A stretch of DNA of 64,000 nucleotides from Octopus vulgaris (taxonomy: Eukaryota), in assembly GCA_951406725.2 (NCBI GenBank), contig OX597830.1, forward strand, positions 22,134,001 to 22,198,000. Reading direction: 5' to 3'. The notes beneath the pieces are model-generated. The model did no database searches. It was given only the letters and a program-made list of their open reading frames with translations, and was not told the origin of the DNA. Made by a program: the position numbers and the translations under genes. Every line of letters begins with the position of its first letter. The first letter of the stretch is position 1. This document shows positions 53,401 to 63,527 of this stretch, one piece after another.

Positions 53401-56400
53401 AATTACTACCTGCTTTTATAGTAAGTTGATGCAGGTAGTTTATCCTGTCCCCCTCCGACTTTTAGGTCATGCAATTGAACATAACTGCATTATTTATGGG
53501 ATGACCCAATGCATGCTATGTCTTGACTGCACTTGTTCTGCTCAAGCAGATTGTTACAGTATCATCATTTCATATTCCCATTACATGTTGCCATGGATTC
53601 AACAGTCCATAGAACCATGTCTTTCTCCAATGTCTCAGTTTTGGTATGGTCATTGGAGTAATATGCCAAAGAAAAATCTGTTTCCTACTAAAAATCTTAA
53701 TAAAATTTTTTATGACAGTGGAATATTCTCTCAATTAAAACCCCAATTTTACAATCAACACATTGTAAAAGCTACACATGATATAGAATGAATATCATTG
53801 GAATATGCAAGAGCTAAAGAGTTAGTGTATAGAAACAGCAGCCTTTAAAAGTAATTAATAAATTATCACATTATCATTTAGTTTGTTTTTTTTTATTTGT
53901 GCTCACATCACCTCTCCAACTGTTGTTCAATGTCTCTAAGACCTATTTTCTCCACTTGGAACTCCCAGCACAATTCACATCTACAGAATCACAGAATTTT
54001 ACAAATCAAATGCAAAACAAAGCTGCTTTTAATAACTATAGAGGAAATGGGAGAGAAGTAATTAGGTCAGGGCTTCTCAAAGTGGTCCAATTTGACCCTT
54101 GGTGGTAAATAAAGCTTTAGGAATCCACAGGAGGTAATTTTACATGTTTATATTTAATGAGAATCCTAAAAAAACACACTCATATGCTTGTAACTGCGAG
54201 ACTGTCCCCCTCCTTTCTCCCCAACAAATCAAGCATTCCTCCCTCTAAATCTATGGTACCACGCAACTAAGGTATTCATCTCCAAGTAACATGGTACATT
54301 TTATATCCCAGACAGCCCCCTCCCACCCAAACCACTTCCATTCCTCATCATCCCTGCCCACATTATTTCAACCAATCACTACCCTTCTGCGCCTTCAGCC
54401 ACTACCTTTTCTCACTCCTGCTTTACTCCATTCTAAACACTTCTTATCTGCTATCATTCTCAATACCTTCCCATATCAACCATCATAACCACCTAATATA
54501 GCCCCTTATATATCCCTATCTCTCCCTCTCCACAACTATATCTTGCACATCCGTTGAATTGTTTTGGGGATCAGCCCTACCTTCTGTTCTGATCCCCAAA
54601 ACAATTTGTTTGAAAGAAGTAGGCTTCTTTGTCATGCAAACAGGTGGCACAGAGTCCTTTTTGGAAGCAGTTATTAAAGGTAGAGTTCCTGGCTGGACAT
54701 GTTGATTTTGGATGAATAGGCCCATCACACCTGTAACAGGATTGTTTTCCTGCAGCTGCCAGAACTTGAGGACATGAAGGGTTCATTATTCACAAGTTCC
54801 TTGCATCCTTATTGGCCACTTCCATTGTTAAAACAATTTTTATCAAAGAGTCTAGGTCATCTTCAGTAGATTCAAGTAACCATGGACGAATGGTCAAGAA
54901 ATTTATTCCTGAGACAAAAGCGTTATGAATTGATAAGTCACAGTGTTGTTCTGCTATTAGAAACTGTATGTAATACTTCACAGCAAGGTTTTTCAGGTCT
55001 AGCAGAAACCTTTCTATCGATTGGTCTTCTGCTTGAGTGTGGTTACATAGTCTGTGTTGAGACATAATAGAAGAGGTTTTGTTGATAAATTTTTTAGGTT
55101 AATATCTAGTTTAACACCTGGCCACCAAAACAAAACAAACCATGTTGGGAGAGGACTTTCGGAAAATTCACACAATCTGATTTTTCCCTCTTAACTTTCA
55201 GGAAAACAGGTACCTTTTAATGAAAGTTTACACAAATACCTTTCAAAAGGCACAGATTGCAATTATAAAGAAATTTGTGAGGAAAACTTTTTCCAAGGGG
55301 GTGGGGAGAAAAGTTTCGGATTGGGAAGACCACATGTTTTTTATTCCCCCATCGGCCAATTTTTTGTCCCACCCACTCACTTTGGCCAATTTGTCATTCT
55401 CCTCACACACACACATCCCCCAAGTCTGGCCAATTATTTGCATTTAAAAACTATGGGAGGAGCCTTTTAGGTAAAAAAAAAAATTGTAAATATTTTCAGA
55501 GGAAAAGGTGTGATTTAAGGGAGAGCTGTCTGTTGTTAGCACATCCCAAGACAACCCTCCTCGTTTCTTTCACACTCTTGCATGTATTGATGTTTTTCAA
55601 TATTTTTCTTTCCACATTTACGCTATAAAAAAAAATTGAAAATTTATGATTTTTTTCAACCCCACTCCCCGCCCCTGATTGTTTCTGTTTATAATTTTAA
55701 ATAATAGAGAGCGTGAGGTCATTTCTGGCATTCCTCCACAGTGATTTTTAAAAAATAGGTATGTAAAAGATAACTTATTTTATTGGCATACTTTTATGTT
55801 AGAAAATGTTTTTTCTTGCACACACACGGCCTTGCTTAATTAAGATGGGGGTTAAAAAATCACCACTTGTTTGTTGATGCTTATATCCCACCAATGGATA
55901 CGAGTGTGGTCCATTGGTATCATCATTAAGTGGGAAGTAAAAAAAAAAAATCATAAATTTTTTCAAACGGTTTTTTTAATTAAAAAAATGTTCCTCATCA
56001 TTTCGAAAGCTGTGCTGAAAAACAATTGGAAAAATCTGTGAAAACGGAGAAATTCCAACATATGTGGTCTTCTTGATCCAAAACTCCTCTCATCACCTCA
56101 TCGGAAAAATTTTTCCCCAAAAATTTCTTTATTTATTGTAATCTTTGCCGTTTGAAAAGTATTTGTATAAACTTTTATCAAAAGATATACATTTTCCTGA
56201 AAGTTATTAAGGGAAAAAATTTTATCGTGTAAATTTACCCAAAATCTTCTCCGCACTACCTCGGAAAAACATTTTCCCCACAAATCATCTCTTTATAATC
56301 GTAACCTATGCAGTTTGAAAGGTATTTCTATAAAATTTCATCGAAAGATATCCATTTTCCTGGAAGTTACGAGGGGGAAAAAATTGGATCGTGCGAATTT

Positions 56401-57593
56401 TCCGAAACTCCTCTCCCCACTTTTGGTTCGTTTGCGAAAAATTTTGGCTTTCAGATTCTTTTACTACACATTTTTTACACCTATTACACATGATTTTTTT
56501 TCGTTTTGCTTTTTGTTTTAGAAGCCAGGTGTTAAAAGTAGATATTAACCATATTTTATTGAGGAAGGGTATTGAGGGGCTACCTGAAATGAAGTACACT
56601 CTTCGACAACTTGGTAAGTTTTAGGGCCGCAGAGAACTAAAAGCACGGCTAAATGCGATTTAACGGGTGTTTTTGCCTAGTCGATGTACACGTGTAACAT
56701 TATTCGTCGATAATTTTAATTTTCTTCAGACGGCGAGTCAACAAGTGTTTTCCGGAAGATTTTTCGGATACATTATCGTTCTTAAGATTGAAAAAAAAAA
56801 TATGTTGTATGTAGACGCTGGAGATGCGACCAACGAAGGTTGTTATTCAATCTTATTCAAACTTATTACTGAAGACACTTCGTCTGCTGCTCTAGCCATT
56901 CTTAATAATAGAGAGGTGAGAAAACATGTTGCCGGCATAAGATTTGACAATCCGTCCATGTCGGTAAACGACGTCATTCACCCACATTAACCTTCCCTTA
57001 TGATTTTTTTCTTAAATGGCTTAAGAAAATTTGATTATTTGATCAATTTTAATACTGTATGTGGACGCTGACGATTCTAAAAACCAAACGTTTCGTTCAA
57101 TCCTAAAGAACAAGGTGAGTTAAAGAAATTTATATGTTGTAGAAAGTGCTACGGGAATGAATGAAGGACGGAAGTACAGGACTGCAGTGAATAATGGATG
57201 AGAAACGTGACAAGTTTTCTTTTTTGTTGTTGCAATTTTTGATTCTCACGATATCAGCAACAACGAAAAATACAAAATACGTCTTAAAATTGCGAGACAG
57301 GCAGGGGGGGGGAGGCGTTCATTCGTGAATATTTGTTTTCACATTTAAAAGAAAAGAAAATCTATCGACAAGGAGCGACATAAACCTCTTTACCTTTTCT
57401 CTCTCTCTCTCTCTTTCATACATACAGACATGGACATAAGTAATTTCATTCCTACCTGTTCAAGACGTTCCAACAATACGGCCTTCACTCCACTTTTATC
57501 GAGTCCACGTTTTTCCAGTTCATTACGGAGATCCACAACCCTTAGATCTATTAATTTCTCACTAGATATTTCTCCATTAGCATTAGCCATCAT
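23119..57593 (-). CDS. SAFB: SAFB/SLTM-family scaffold attachment factor B-like gene, copy A (complete, 20 coding exons, 1021 aa)
   Basis: Exons (minus strand): 57456-57593, 50341-50413, 48221-48246, 47821-47872, 46180-46211, 44078-44302, 43704-43737, 36437-37031, 33899-33939, 33660-33754, 30921-31070, 28614-28704, 27888-28097, 27338-27552, 26280-26443, 25511-25627, 24924-25052, 24572-24778, 23866-23996, 23119-23459. All introns are GT-AG, phases chain without a frameshift, and the total is 3066 nt. Family motifs: SAP ([29 protein letters not shown]), RRM ([18 protein letters not shown]...[25 protein letters not shown]...[12 protein letters not shown]), DILSFDQIK and an E/R-rich coil. Confidence 0.93.
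23866..23996 (-). CDS. SAFB: SAFB-like copy A exon 19
   Basis: 131 nt; [16 protein letters not shown]...[10 protein letters not shown]; tttcag| and |gtaagt. Confidence 0.85.
24572..24778 (-). CDS. SAFB: SAFB-like copy A exon 18
   Basis: R/E/D-rich; acceptor at 24778 (in-frame alternative at 24772); |gtaatt donor. Confidence 0.83.
24924..25052 (-). CDS. SAFB: SAFB-like copy A exon 17
   Basis: 129 nt; [24 protein letters not shown]...; catag| and |gtaagt. Confidence 0.87.
25511..25627 (-). CDS. SAFB: SAFB-like copy A exon 16 (E/R coiled coil)
   Basis: 117 nt; [38 protein letters not shown]; cacag| and |gtgagt. Confidence 0.88.
26280..26443 (-). CDS. SAFB: SAFB-like copy A exon 15 (E/R coiled coil)
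   Basis: 164 nt; [21 protein letters not shown]...[10 protein letters not shown]; gacag| and |gtctgt. Confidence 0.86.
27338..27552 (-). CDS. SAFB: SAFB-like copy A exon 14
   Basis: 215 nt; ends [11 protein letters not shown]; tttcag| and |gtacgt. Confidence 0.87.
27888..28097 (-). CDS. SAFB: SAFB-like copy A exon 13
   Basis: 210 nt K/D/R-rich; ttacag| and |gtcagt. Confidence 0.86.
28614..28704 (-). CDS. SAFB: SAFB-like copy A exon 12
   Basis: 91 nt; [11 protein letters not shown]..., continuing the RRM C-terminal ER-A(K/R)NEP motif; tttag| and |gtaaga. Confidence 0.88.
30921..31070 (-). CDS. SAFB: SAFB-like copy A exon 11 (RRM second half)
   Basis: 150 nt; [50 protein letters not shown]. 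Confidence 0.95.
32772..33480 (-). mobile_element. Helitron RepHel remnant with 3' terminus
   Basis: Minus translation [19 protein letters not shown]...VKYIIKY...[12 protein letters not shown]...[21 protein letters not shown] (Helitron Rep motifs); hairpin plus CTAG end at about 32772. Confidence 0.8.
33660..33754 (-). CDS. SAFB: SAFB-like copy A exon 10 (RRM first half)
   Basis: 95 nt; [31 protein letters not shown]; |gtatgc donor. Confidence 0.93.
33899..33939 (-). CDS. SAFB: SAFB-like copy A exon 9
   Basis: 41 nt; [13 protein letters not shown]; ttgcag| and |gtaagt. Confidence 0.85.
34156..35024 (+). mobile_element. Internally deleted mariner element
   Basis: TIRs GAGGGGGTACCCAAAAG / CTTTTGGGTACCCCCTC; remnants [10 protein letters not shown] and [10 protein letters not shown]...LKGK.F. 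Confidence 0.85.
36240..36358 (-). other. Candidate poison (PTC) cassette exon in copy A intron 8
   Basis: Same splice sites and stop as 2300-2418, with 2 substitutions in 119 nt. Confidence 0.5.
36437..37031 (-). CDS. SAFB: SAFB-like copy A exon 8 (acidic repeat exon)
   Basis: 595 nt; ORF 36403..37029; ctgtag| and AG|gttggt. Confidence 0.88.
39160..40270 (+). mobile_element. Highly decayed mariner-like transposase remnant with inserted SINE
   Basis: TVYRWMKKL.....[14 protein letters not shown] and a [14 protein letters not shown]-like segment; SINE at about 39880-40090. Confidence 0.55.
40660..42241 (-). mobile_element. Near full-length defective Tc1 element with long TIRs
   Basis: ORF 41621..42016 (MGRKCDLT, HTH), [10 protein letters not shown] and [17 protein letters not shown]; inverted termini of more than 130 bp. 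Confidence 0.9.
43704..43737 (-). CDS. SAFB: SAFB-like copy A exon 7
   Basis: 34 nt; [11 protein letters not shown]; tttcag| and |gtatgt. Confidence 0.8.
44078..44302 (-). CDS. SAFB: SAFB-like copy A exon 6
   Basis: 225 nt; [29 protein letters not shown]...AALQ; tttcag| and |gtaaac. Confidence 0.85.
44461..44848. mobile_element. tRNA-headed element flanked by inverted Penelope-like arms with hammerhead-ribozyme motif
   Basis: Inverted arms 44461-44605 and 44730-44848; A box TAGCATAATGG at 44641 and B-box-like GTTCAATTT at 44686; arms carry GACAC-CTGATGA-GGCTG..CAG. Confidence 0.65.
44506..44551 (-). ncRNA. Degenerate minimal type I hammerhead ribozyme motif
   Basis: Minus strand gacac CTGATGA t ggctg gagagtaaat cagct GAAA c a tt gtggt: both catalytic boxes, stem II and a partial stem I are present; stem III and the cleavage triplet are mutated. 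Confidence 0.5.
46180..46211 (-). CDS. SAFB: SAFB-like copy A exon 5
   Basis: 32 nt; [10 protein letters not shown]; ttccag| and |gttggt. Confidence 0.8.
46951..47465. repeat. 26-bp minisatellite, about 20 copies
   Basis: Consensus GTGACACATTAAAGGCACCCATGCTG in strict 26-bp register, running into a SINE/LINE 3' tail ending in GAT repeats. Confidence 0.92.
47821..47872 (-). CDS. SAFB: SAFB-like copy A exon 4
   Basis: 52 nt; [17 protein letters not shown]; ttttag| and |gtaagt. Confidence 0.8.
48221..48246 (-). CDS. SAFB: SAFB-like copy A exon 3 (micro-exon)
   Basis: 26 nt; ATDLGENE; tttcag| and |gtaata; required for phase continuity. Confidence 0.75.
49810..50041. mobile_element. Abundant SINE/RTE-type 3' tail element
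   Basis: ggttggcgttaggaagggcatccagcc...catgccagcatggaaagcggacgctaaacgatgat; related copies at about 11140, 21945, 25255, 30055 and 32010. Confidence 0.7.
50341..50413 (-). CDS. SAFB: SAFB-like copy A exon 2
   Basis: 73 nt; [24 protein letters not shown]; cacag| and |gtgagt. Confidence 0.85.
50504..51007 (+). mobile_element. Tc1/mariner-superfamily deletion derivative
   Basis: TIRs CAGGGTGTCCCAGAATTAGCTAT / ATAGTTAATTCTGAGACATCCTG; transposase C-terminal remnant [17 protein letters not shown]...DGAHIEH. Confidence 0.75.
51550..51843 (-). mobile_element. tRNA-derived SINE with CORE-like domain
   Basis: Minus strand GGAGTGGCTGTGTGGTAAG...GGTTCAGTCCCACTGTGTGGCACCTTGGACAAGTGTCTT. Family copies at about 9110, 13440, 31230, 37495, 42715, 45120, 46455 and 58970. 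Confidence 0.75.
52274..53509 (-). mobile_element. Near full-length defective mariner element
   Basis: TIRs TTGGGTCATCCTATAAATAATG / CATTATTTATGGGATGACCCAA; ORF pieces 53020..53364, 52603..52794 ([16 protein letters not shown]) and 52393..52581 ([19 protein letters not shown]). Confidence 0.92.
54510..56700 (-). mobile_element. Gypsy-type gag remnant split by a nested DNA transposon
   Basis: [24 protein letters not shown] knuckle-like region and [14 protein letters not shown]...AFVSGI...IRPWLLE on the left; [16 protein letters not shown] on the right of the insertion. Confidence 0.65.
55097..56550. mobile_element. Merlin-like non-autonomous DNA transposon with subterminal repeats
   Basis: TIRs GGTTAATATCTAGTTTAACACCTGGC / GCCAGGTGTTAAAAGTAGATATTAACC; 8-bp TSD ATTTTTTA vs ATATTTTA; ~170-bp subrepeats, one left and two inverted right. 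Confidence 0.7.
57456..57593 (-). CDS. SAFB: SAFB-like copy A exon 1 (SAP domain)
   Basis: [46 protein letters not shown]; CAG|gtagga donor. Confidence 0.92.
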
Positions 57594-57599
57594 ATATGA

Positions 57600-57890
57600 A
57601 TATAATATATCTATGTATTGTTTGTGATTGTCAAGAAAATTTTTAAAAACCAAACAAAACAAAACACCTTCTTAAGAATTGCTGTCACTGATTTAATGGC
57701 GACACATCAAATTCAGTTCCAACAAAATCTCGTCTGTTCGTTAAAATTACCCGGATTCACGAAGTTGTCTCCCTTAGACAACTTCCCAGCCGGCGTTTCC
57801 TCGGCGTCAACAGCGTCACAGTCAGCGAGTCACGAAGGTTCATTGTCGTGTTGTTATACAGTGTGTTGTGATTTGAAGTTTAAATAGAAT
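57600..57890 (-). promoter_or_regulatory. Probable 5'UTR/promoter of copy A
   Basis: Locally CpG-rich stretch (e.g. gccggcgtttcctcggcgtcaacagcgtcac) directly upstream of the ATG in an otherwise CpG-poor window. Confidence 0.45.
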
Positions 57891-57894
57891 AATA

Positions 57895-58262
57895 TCTATA
57901 TATATAAAAGTGAAGTTGTGTGAGTGTCTGTCTCCTACGATTTAGATTCCTAACTACTCCCACATTTTGCGGTGCAGTTTAACCAAAACCGGGTATCTTA
58001 TAGTCATGATTCATATCGAGCCCTTCTGGGTATTAGCGCGCATCTACGATGAGTCTACGATTTTAAAAAAAATTTACCATCATTTTTTTCCATTTTAATG
58101 CATTTTTTCGCTATTATATAAGGGAAGTAACTCTCTAAAAATGTCTACGATGAGTCAACGATTTAAAAAAAATTCTTTTCCATTTTTTGGCTATAACTCT
58201 CTAAAAATGCTTATATAGTTATTTCCCTTACAAATCCGAGCAACGCCGGGCGATACTGCTAG
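57895..58262 (+). mobile_element. Complete 368-bp non-autonomous Helitron
   Basis: A|TCTATATATATAAAA 5' end, CCGAGCAACGCCGGG hairpin, CTAG|T 3' end, no TSD. Confidence 0.88.
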
Positions 58263-61200
58263 TGGTTTATAATTTTGGCACAGGGCCTGTAAGTTTAGGG
58301 TAGTGGGTAAGTCGATTACATCGACCTCAGTGCTCAAGTGGTACTCTTTTCTCGGGGTTGATAAAATAAGTGCCAGGTAAGCACTAATGTTAATGTAATC
58401 GATTTACCAACTACCCCTAACTTACTGGCCTTGTACCAAAATTTGAAACCATTATTTCATTTAAGCTTTAGATAACATCATACTGTCTTTAAAAAATAGA
58501 CGTATTCGCACTTGAAATAATGTAGTCATTGTTACACAGCAAAAAAAAAAAAAAAAAAGAAAGAAAGAAAAGGCTGAATATTGACGACTGGAAATACATT
58601 GATCTCAGGTCTTCAGTGTGAACAACAACGAGATAGTTTCTATATGGTAATTCGTCTTGCTAGAAATAGCAATCGAGTCACCGTATTAATAATAAAAAAT
58701 AAAAAGGATGCTCTGTATCATGTAGTTACAAATGCACTATATTTGAAAAGGAAGATAGAGTGGACATGATTGGAATGTGACTGAGCATTTGATGTGACTT
58801 ACTGTTGCCATATTAAAAGTGCGGATTTTCAATGATTAAAAAGTTACTATCATATTATTGGTATGGTGGTAGTAGGAGAGGGTTCGTCTCGAAATCGGAG
58901 TAATGAGGAATATGATGGTAGTCTCTCGCAGTCCGAGGATTCTGCAATTTCTTGCCGAACAATCTACATGTGTGGCTGTGTGACAAGAAGCTTGCTTCCC
59001 GACAACACGGTTTTGGGTTCAGTCCCACTGCACGGCACCTTGGGCAAGTGTCTTCTACTATAGCCTTGGGCTGACCAAATCCTTTGAAGTGGGTTTGGTA
59101 GACGGAAACTGAAAAAAAGTCATGTATGTGTGGCGGAGTAAAAACAAAGAAAATCCAACTTATATGGGTGTCCTGATCCAAAAATCCCGCCTTGTGTGTC
59201 TGTGTTTGTCTCCTACCACCCTTGATAATGTGTTGTGTTTCTGTCCCCGTAACTTAGTCGTTCGGTAAAGGGAACTAATGGAATAAATGCCAGGCTTAAA
59301 AAAAAAGAAAGAAAAATACTGGTGGTTGATTCGTTCGACTAAAAATAAACCCTTCATGGCAGTGCCCCAGCATGGTCGCAGTCTAATGACTGAAATGAGT
59401 AAAAGGTTGTTTACAGTGATCAAATCGACGTTGCCTGAACATGTGAAAAGTGTACCACATGCCAAGTGTCGAAGTGATCGCAGAGCATTGTGAAACGAAG
59501 TGTTTTGCCCAAGAACACAACTCACCACCCAATCCAGGAATTGAAACCATGATCTTGCAATTGTGAAAGCAACACCCATGCGTCCTCAGCAATGAGAGGT
59601 AACGAAATCAGGTCAACAAATTTAGGCCTGGTCTATAAAAGTAGATACTTTTCTTAGGTGTTGTGCAGTGGAACTGAACCCAAGACTTCATTGTCAGGTA
59701 GCAAGCACACACACATACAGCAGTCCTTCAGTTTTTCTAAGCCCTGTAAAAAAACTTGGAAGGTTGGGCTTCCCACCAGGTCTTTCACGGTACCCTTAAA
59801 GCCAGAAACTTTTCAGCACCCCCTTGTATGCTACACAAAGTTTTGTAAGATTGTTTACAGTCCTTCTGTGAACGTCATTTAACCCCTTGCCTGTTGTGCT
59901 GATCGCCATAAATCCCTGCTGGCAAACCTGTTGAGAATAATTCAAGAATTGTACTTATTTGTCTGTCAACTGATTTAAAATATATTTGTTTTCTAATTTC
60001 TTCTCTTACACCATGATTTGGGGACCTCTTGTCAATATTCTTTGCTACTCATGGCACAAGCCTAAAATTTTTGGGAAGGGTGCCAGTCAATTAGATCGAC
60101 TCCAGTACACAACTGGTTCTTAATTTATTGATCCTGAATGGAAGAAAAGCAAAGTCGACCTTGGCAGAATTTGAACTCAAAATGTAAAGATAGACGAAAT
60201 ACCACTAAGCATTTTGCTCAGCATGCTAACGTTTCTGCCAGCTAGCCATCTTAGGACCTCTCATGAATATTACAGTTGTTAGCATGATGGGAAAGATGCT
60301 TAATGGCATTTTGTCTGTCTTTATGCTCCAGGTTCAAGTTCAGCCCACATCAACTTTGCCTTTTCTCCTTTTGGGATTGATAAAATAAGTACCAGTTGAA
60401 CACTGGGATTGATGTAATAAAATTACCTCTCCCCTAAAATTGTTGGCCTTGTGCCTAAATTTGAAATCCATATAACAAGAGAATTGTTTAAAAAAAAAAC
60501 CTCAAAATTCCTAAATAATGCATGAAATAATTGTTTTTACATAATCGTAAAATAAAGGCCAGCCATATACTGCCAATCTATTAAATTCTTCCCCTGTAAA
60601 TGATCATCATGAAATACCTACATTGACCCCAGTGCTTGATTGGTACTAATTTTATCGACCCCAAAAGGATGAAAAGTAAAGTCAACCTTGGTGGAATTTG
60701 AACTCGGGATGTTATGACAGATGGTATGTCGCTAAGAATTTTGCCTGGCGTGCTAATGATACTGCCATCACTGGGCCTAAGTCACAGTACCGCCTCACTC
60801 CAAACTTCTGCTACTCATCTTTCAGCCTCATAAACTATTATCTACAAGCTTTATGGCATTCTTTTACATTGGGAAAACAGGGGCCATTGGCTTGCTGATT
60901 GCTTTCATGAACACATTCAAAGCATTATACTATATATGTTAGGTCAACTTGTTGCCACCCTCTACATTACATTGGGCTATTCCTTTACCCATTTATTAGT
61001 ATGTGTGTGTGTGTGTGTGTGATCCCTGCACATTCAAAGAAATGAAGGTGTAGGAATGGTTTGCATTAGATGTCAGAACCATAACTATGTTTTTATTTTT
61101 ACTCCCTTACACTCTTTCAGTTCATTTTTATCCTTCAGCTCCCCTCTTACTTTAATTTTTCCCTTCACCTCTCGTTGGCCAGCTTCTCTGCCTCTTAATT

Positions 61201-62616
61201 TCTCTTTCCATCTCTCGCTCTCACCTACAACTTCCTGCCTATATATGTAAGTTCATGCCTTGTTGTTGCATCAGTTGCAGCCAATCAATCAAGTAGAGAA
61301 GACATAAAACACTGTCAGCTTTCTTCTATCCCTTTCTATTATATTAACCCTGAAAAAGAACTGTTGACTACTCCACTCCTCACAGCAATGTCACTGTACA
61401 CTTTCTGTTACAATATTTTATTATGTTTTTTTATTCACATTTTGGAGCCTATAATTACACTGTGTCCTTGGATAGTAACTTATGTCCTGTTTGCTGCCCC
61501 TTGAGAGTATGAAAAATTGCTAATATTTCCTTCAAACTTTGCTTTTCTGAAATCTATTCAAACTCCCAAGGAATCCCTCTCAACACATGGCTACTCCTGC
61601 TCATGAACAGAGATGCACATATAGTCAGCCACTAAGAGACATACTCAAGAGGTTATTATGGTCAAGCAACTGACAAGCAAATCTGTGGTGTTGAGCAGAA
61701 TATTTGCAATAATGACATTCCTGCTTCAGCAACTCAATGCTGAATGTCTGAAATGTAATGGAAAATAGGTGTTTCAAAACACTGATAACCAGATCACAAA
61801 AGCAAAGTTTGAGGAGCATGGTAGTCATTTCCTTTGCTTCCTAGACAGAAGCAAATAGAAGCTGATCATAGGCCTGAGTGTTTGTATATATGTGTGTGTA
61901 AGTATATGTTTGAATCTTTAAGTCTTGATATTGTCTGACAGTTGTAAAATGAGTGTCACTGTCATACTATGTCATTTGTTTGCAGTCTTCTGTGAAAGCA
62001 TATCCAGTTATATGCTGTTCATGTCTGAAGGACTAGAGGGAATTTTACCTTATTTGGAAACAGGTGAAGGTTGGTGACATTAAGGGGCATCAAGCAGTAG
62101 AAAATCTACCTCAATGAATTCTGCCTAGCCCATGAAAAGTGGACATCAAAGCAATGATGATGATACACATGATGTACTAGATTTAATTGCTTGGTCCTTT
62201 CAGATGCAAGTAGTAATTCTGTCTTCACATGGCTGACAAGTCCACCACTTTGGATAAAGAGGTTCGTGGCAGCACAACCATATACAACAAAACAATATTC
62301 TATTTTCATGTCCTAAATGATAAACATTACATGAGCAATATCACTTTTAATATAAATAAATGAAAATGATGATTGTAGAGATGGAGAAGTAAGAGATAAC
62401 AATGAGAATAATTTATAGCAAAATTCTTTTAATTCTATTATGAAGAAATTAAAAAATATAGTATAGGATGTCAAGATGATGGTGATGTTGAGTAAAATGT
62501 AACAAAAATAAATGCACATCAGAAAATAAATGTAGTGCATATTCATCAGAAGTTTTGTATTTATGAAAATGTGCATGGAACTTAATGGAATAACTGAGGA
62601 AAAATTATTGGCAGTA

Positions 62617-63168
62617 CAAGAGTGGGCTGAAAAGTTCATAGGCTGACTATGAAAGAGTGATGCTAGGTGTGAAATCTTGCATACATCCACTTCAACTCTT
62701 AGTAATAGCTGCATTGTTCCTTTCCAGGTAAAACTGACATCTGACTGTTCAAAGAAGACTTCAAAGTAACTTGTAGCAACTTCTCTTGGACAAAATTTGG
62801 CATCGTGGTGTTACAATGCTCCAGCATACAAATCGTTAGTTTCAATGGCTACAATAGATGACTGTGGCTTTGAACTGGTTGAACACCCTCCCTATTCTCC
62901 TCATATGGTCCCATCTGATTTTCATCTGTTCTCTAATATGAAAAACACTTGGTTAGGAACCAGTATTACAGTGATAATGACATATTTGTTGTTAATGATC
63001 TTTTGAACAGCAGGATGAAAGCTTCTTCATGAATGGGATCCAAGCACTGCAATACTAATAGAAGAAAGGTGTGGCCCACAAGAAGTGCTATGTCTAAAAA
63101 TAAACCTCATTTGATCACATCTCATGAGAGTATCTTGATCAGTCTATGAACGTTTTAGCCAACCCTCA
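62617..63168 (+). mobile_element. Internally deleted mariner element
   Basis: TIR-like ends around GGCTGAAAAGTTCATAGGCTGA / TCAGTCTATGAACGTTTTAGCC, TA flanks; EHPPYSPHMVPSDFHLFSNMK. Confidence 0.82.
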
Positions 63169-63527
63169 TATTTCAAATAAAAAAAAATGAGCATTAAAAG
63201 ATGATTTAGGTGTGTGCATATATTCATAGGATTAAAAAATTTTTTCATGAAGGCATAGCACAACACCCAGTGGCTAGGGTAGTGGGCTTATTACTTAATA
63301 GAGTATCAGTCCATGTGAAAACATTGATTCTTGAATGACATGTGTGGATGTTAGACAGCTCTTCTCAGATGTTTATGCCTTTATAGAAATTATAAGAGTA
63401 AGAGAGATCAAAAGAGTACAGCACCTATGTAATACATACTGGCTGTTAAAAAAATTTTTTTTTTAATTTTGAAAAAAGGCTTTTATAATGCTAAGTAGGC
63501 TGTAAGGGGTCTGGCCAAGTAAATCTA

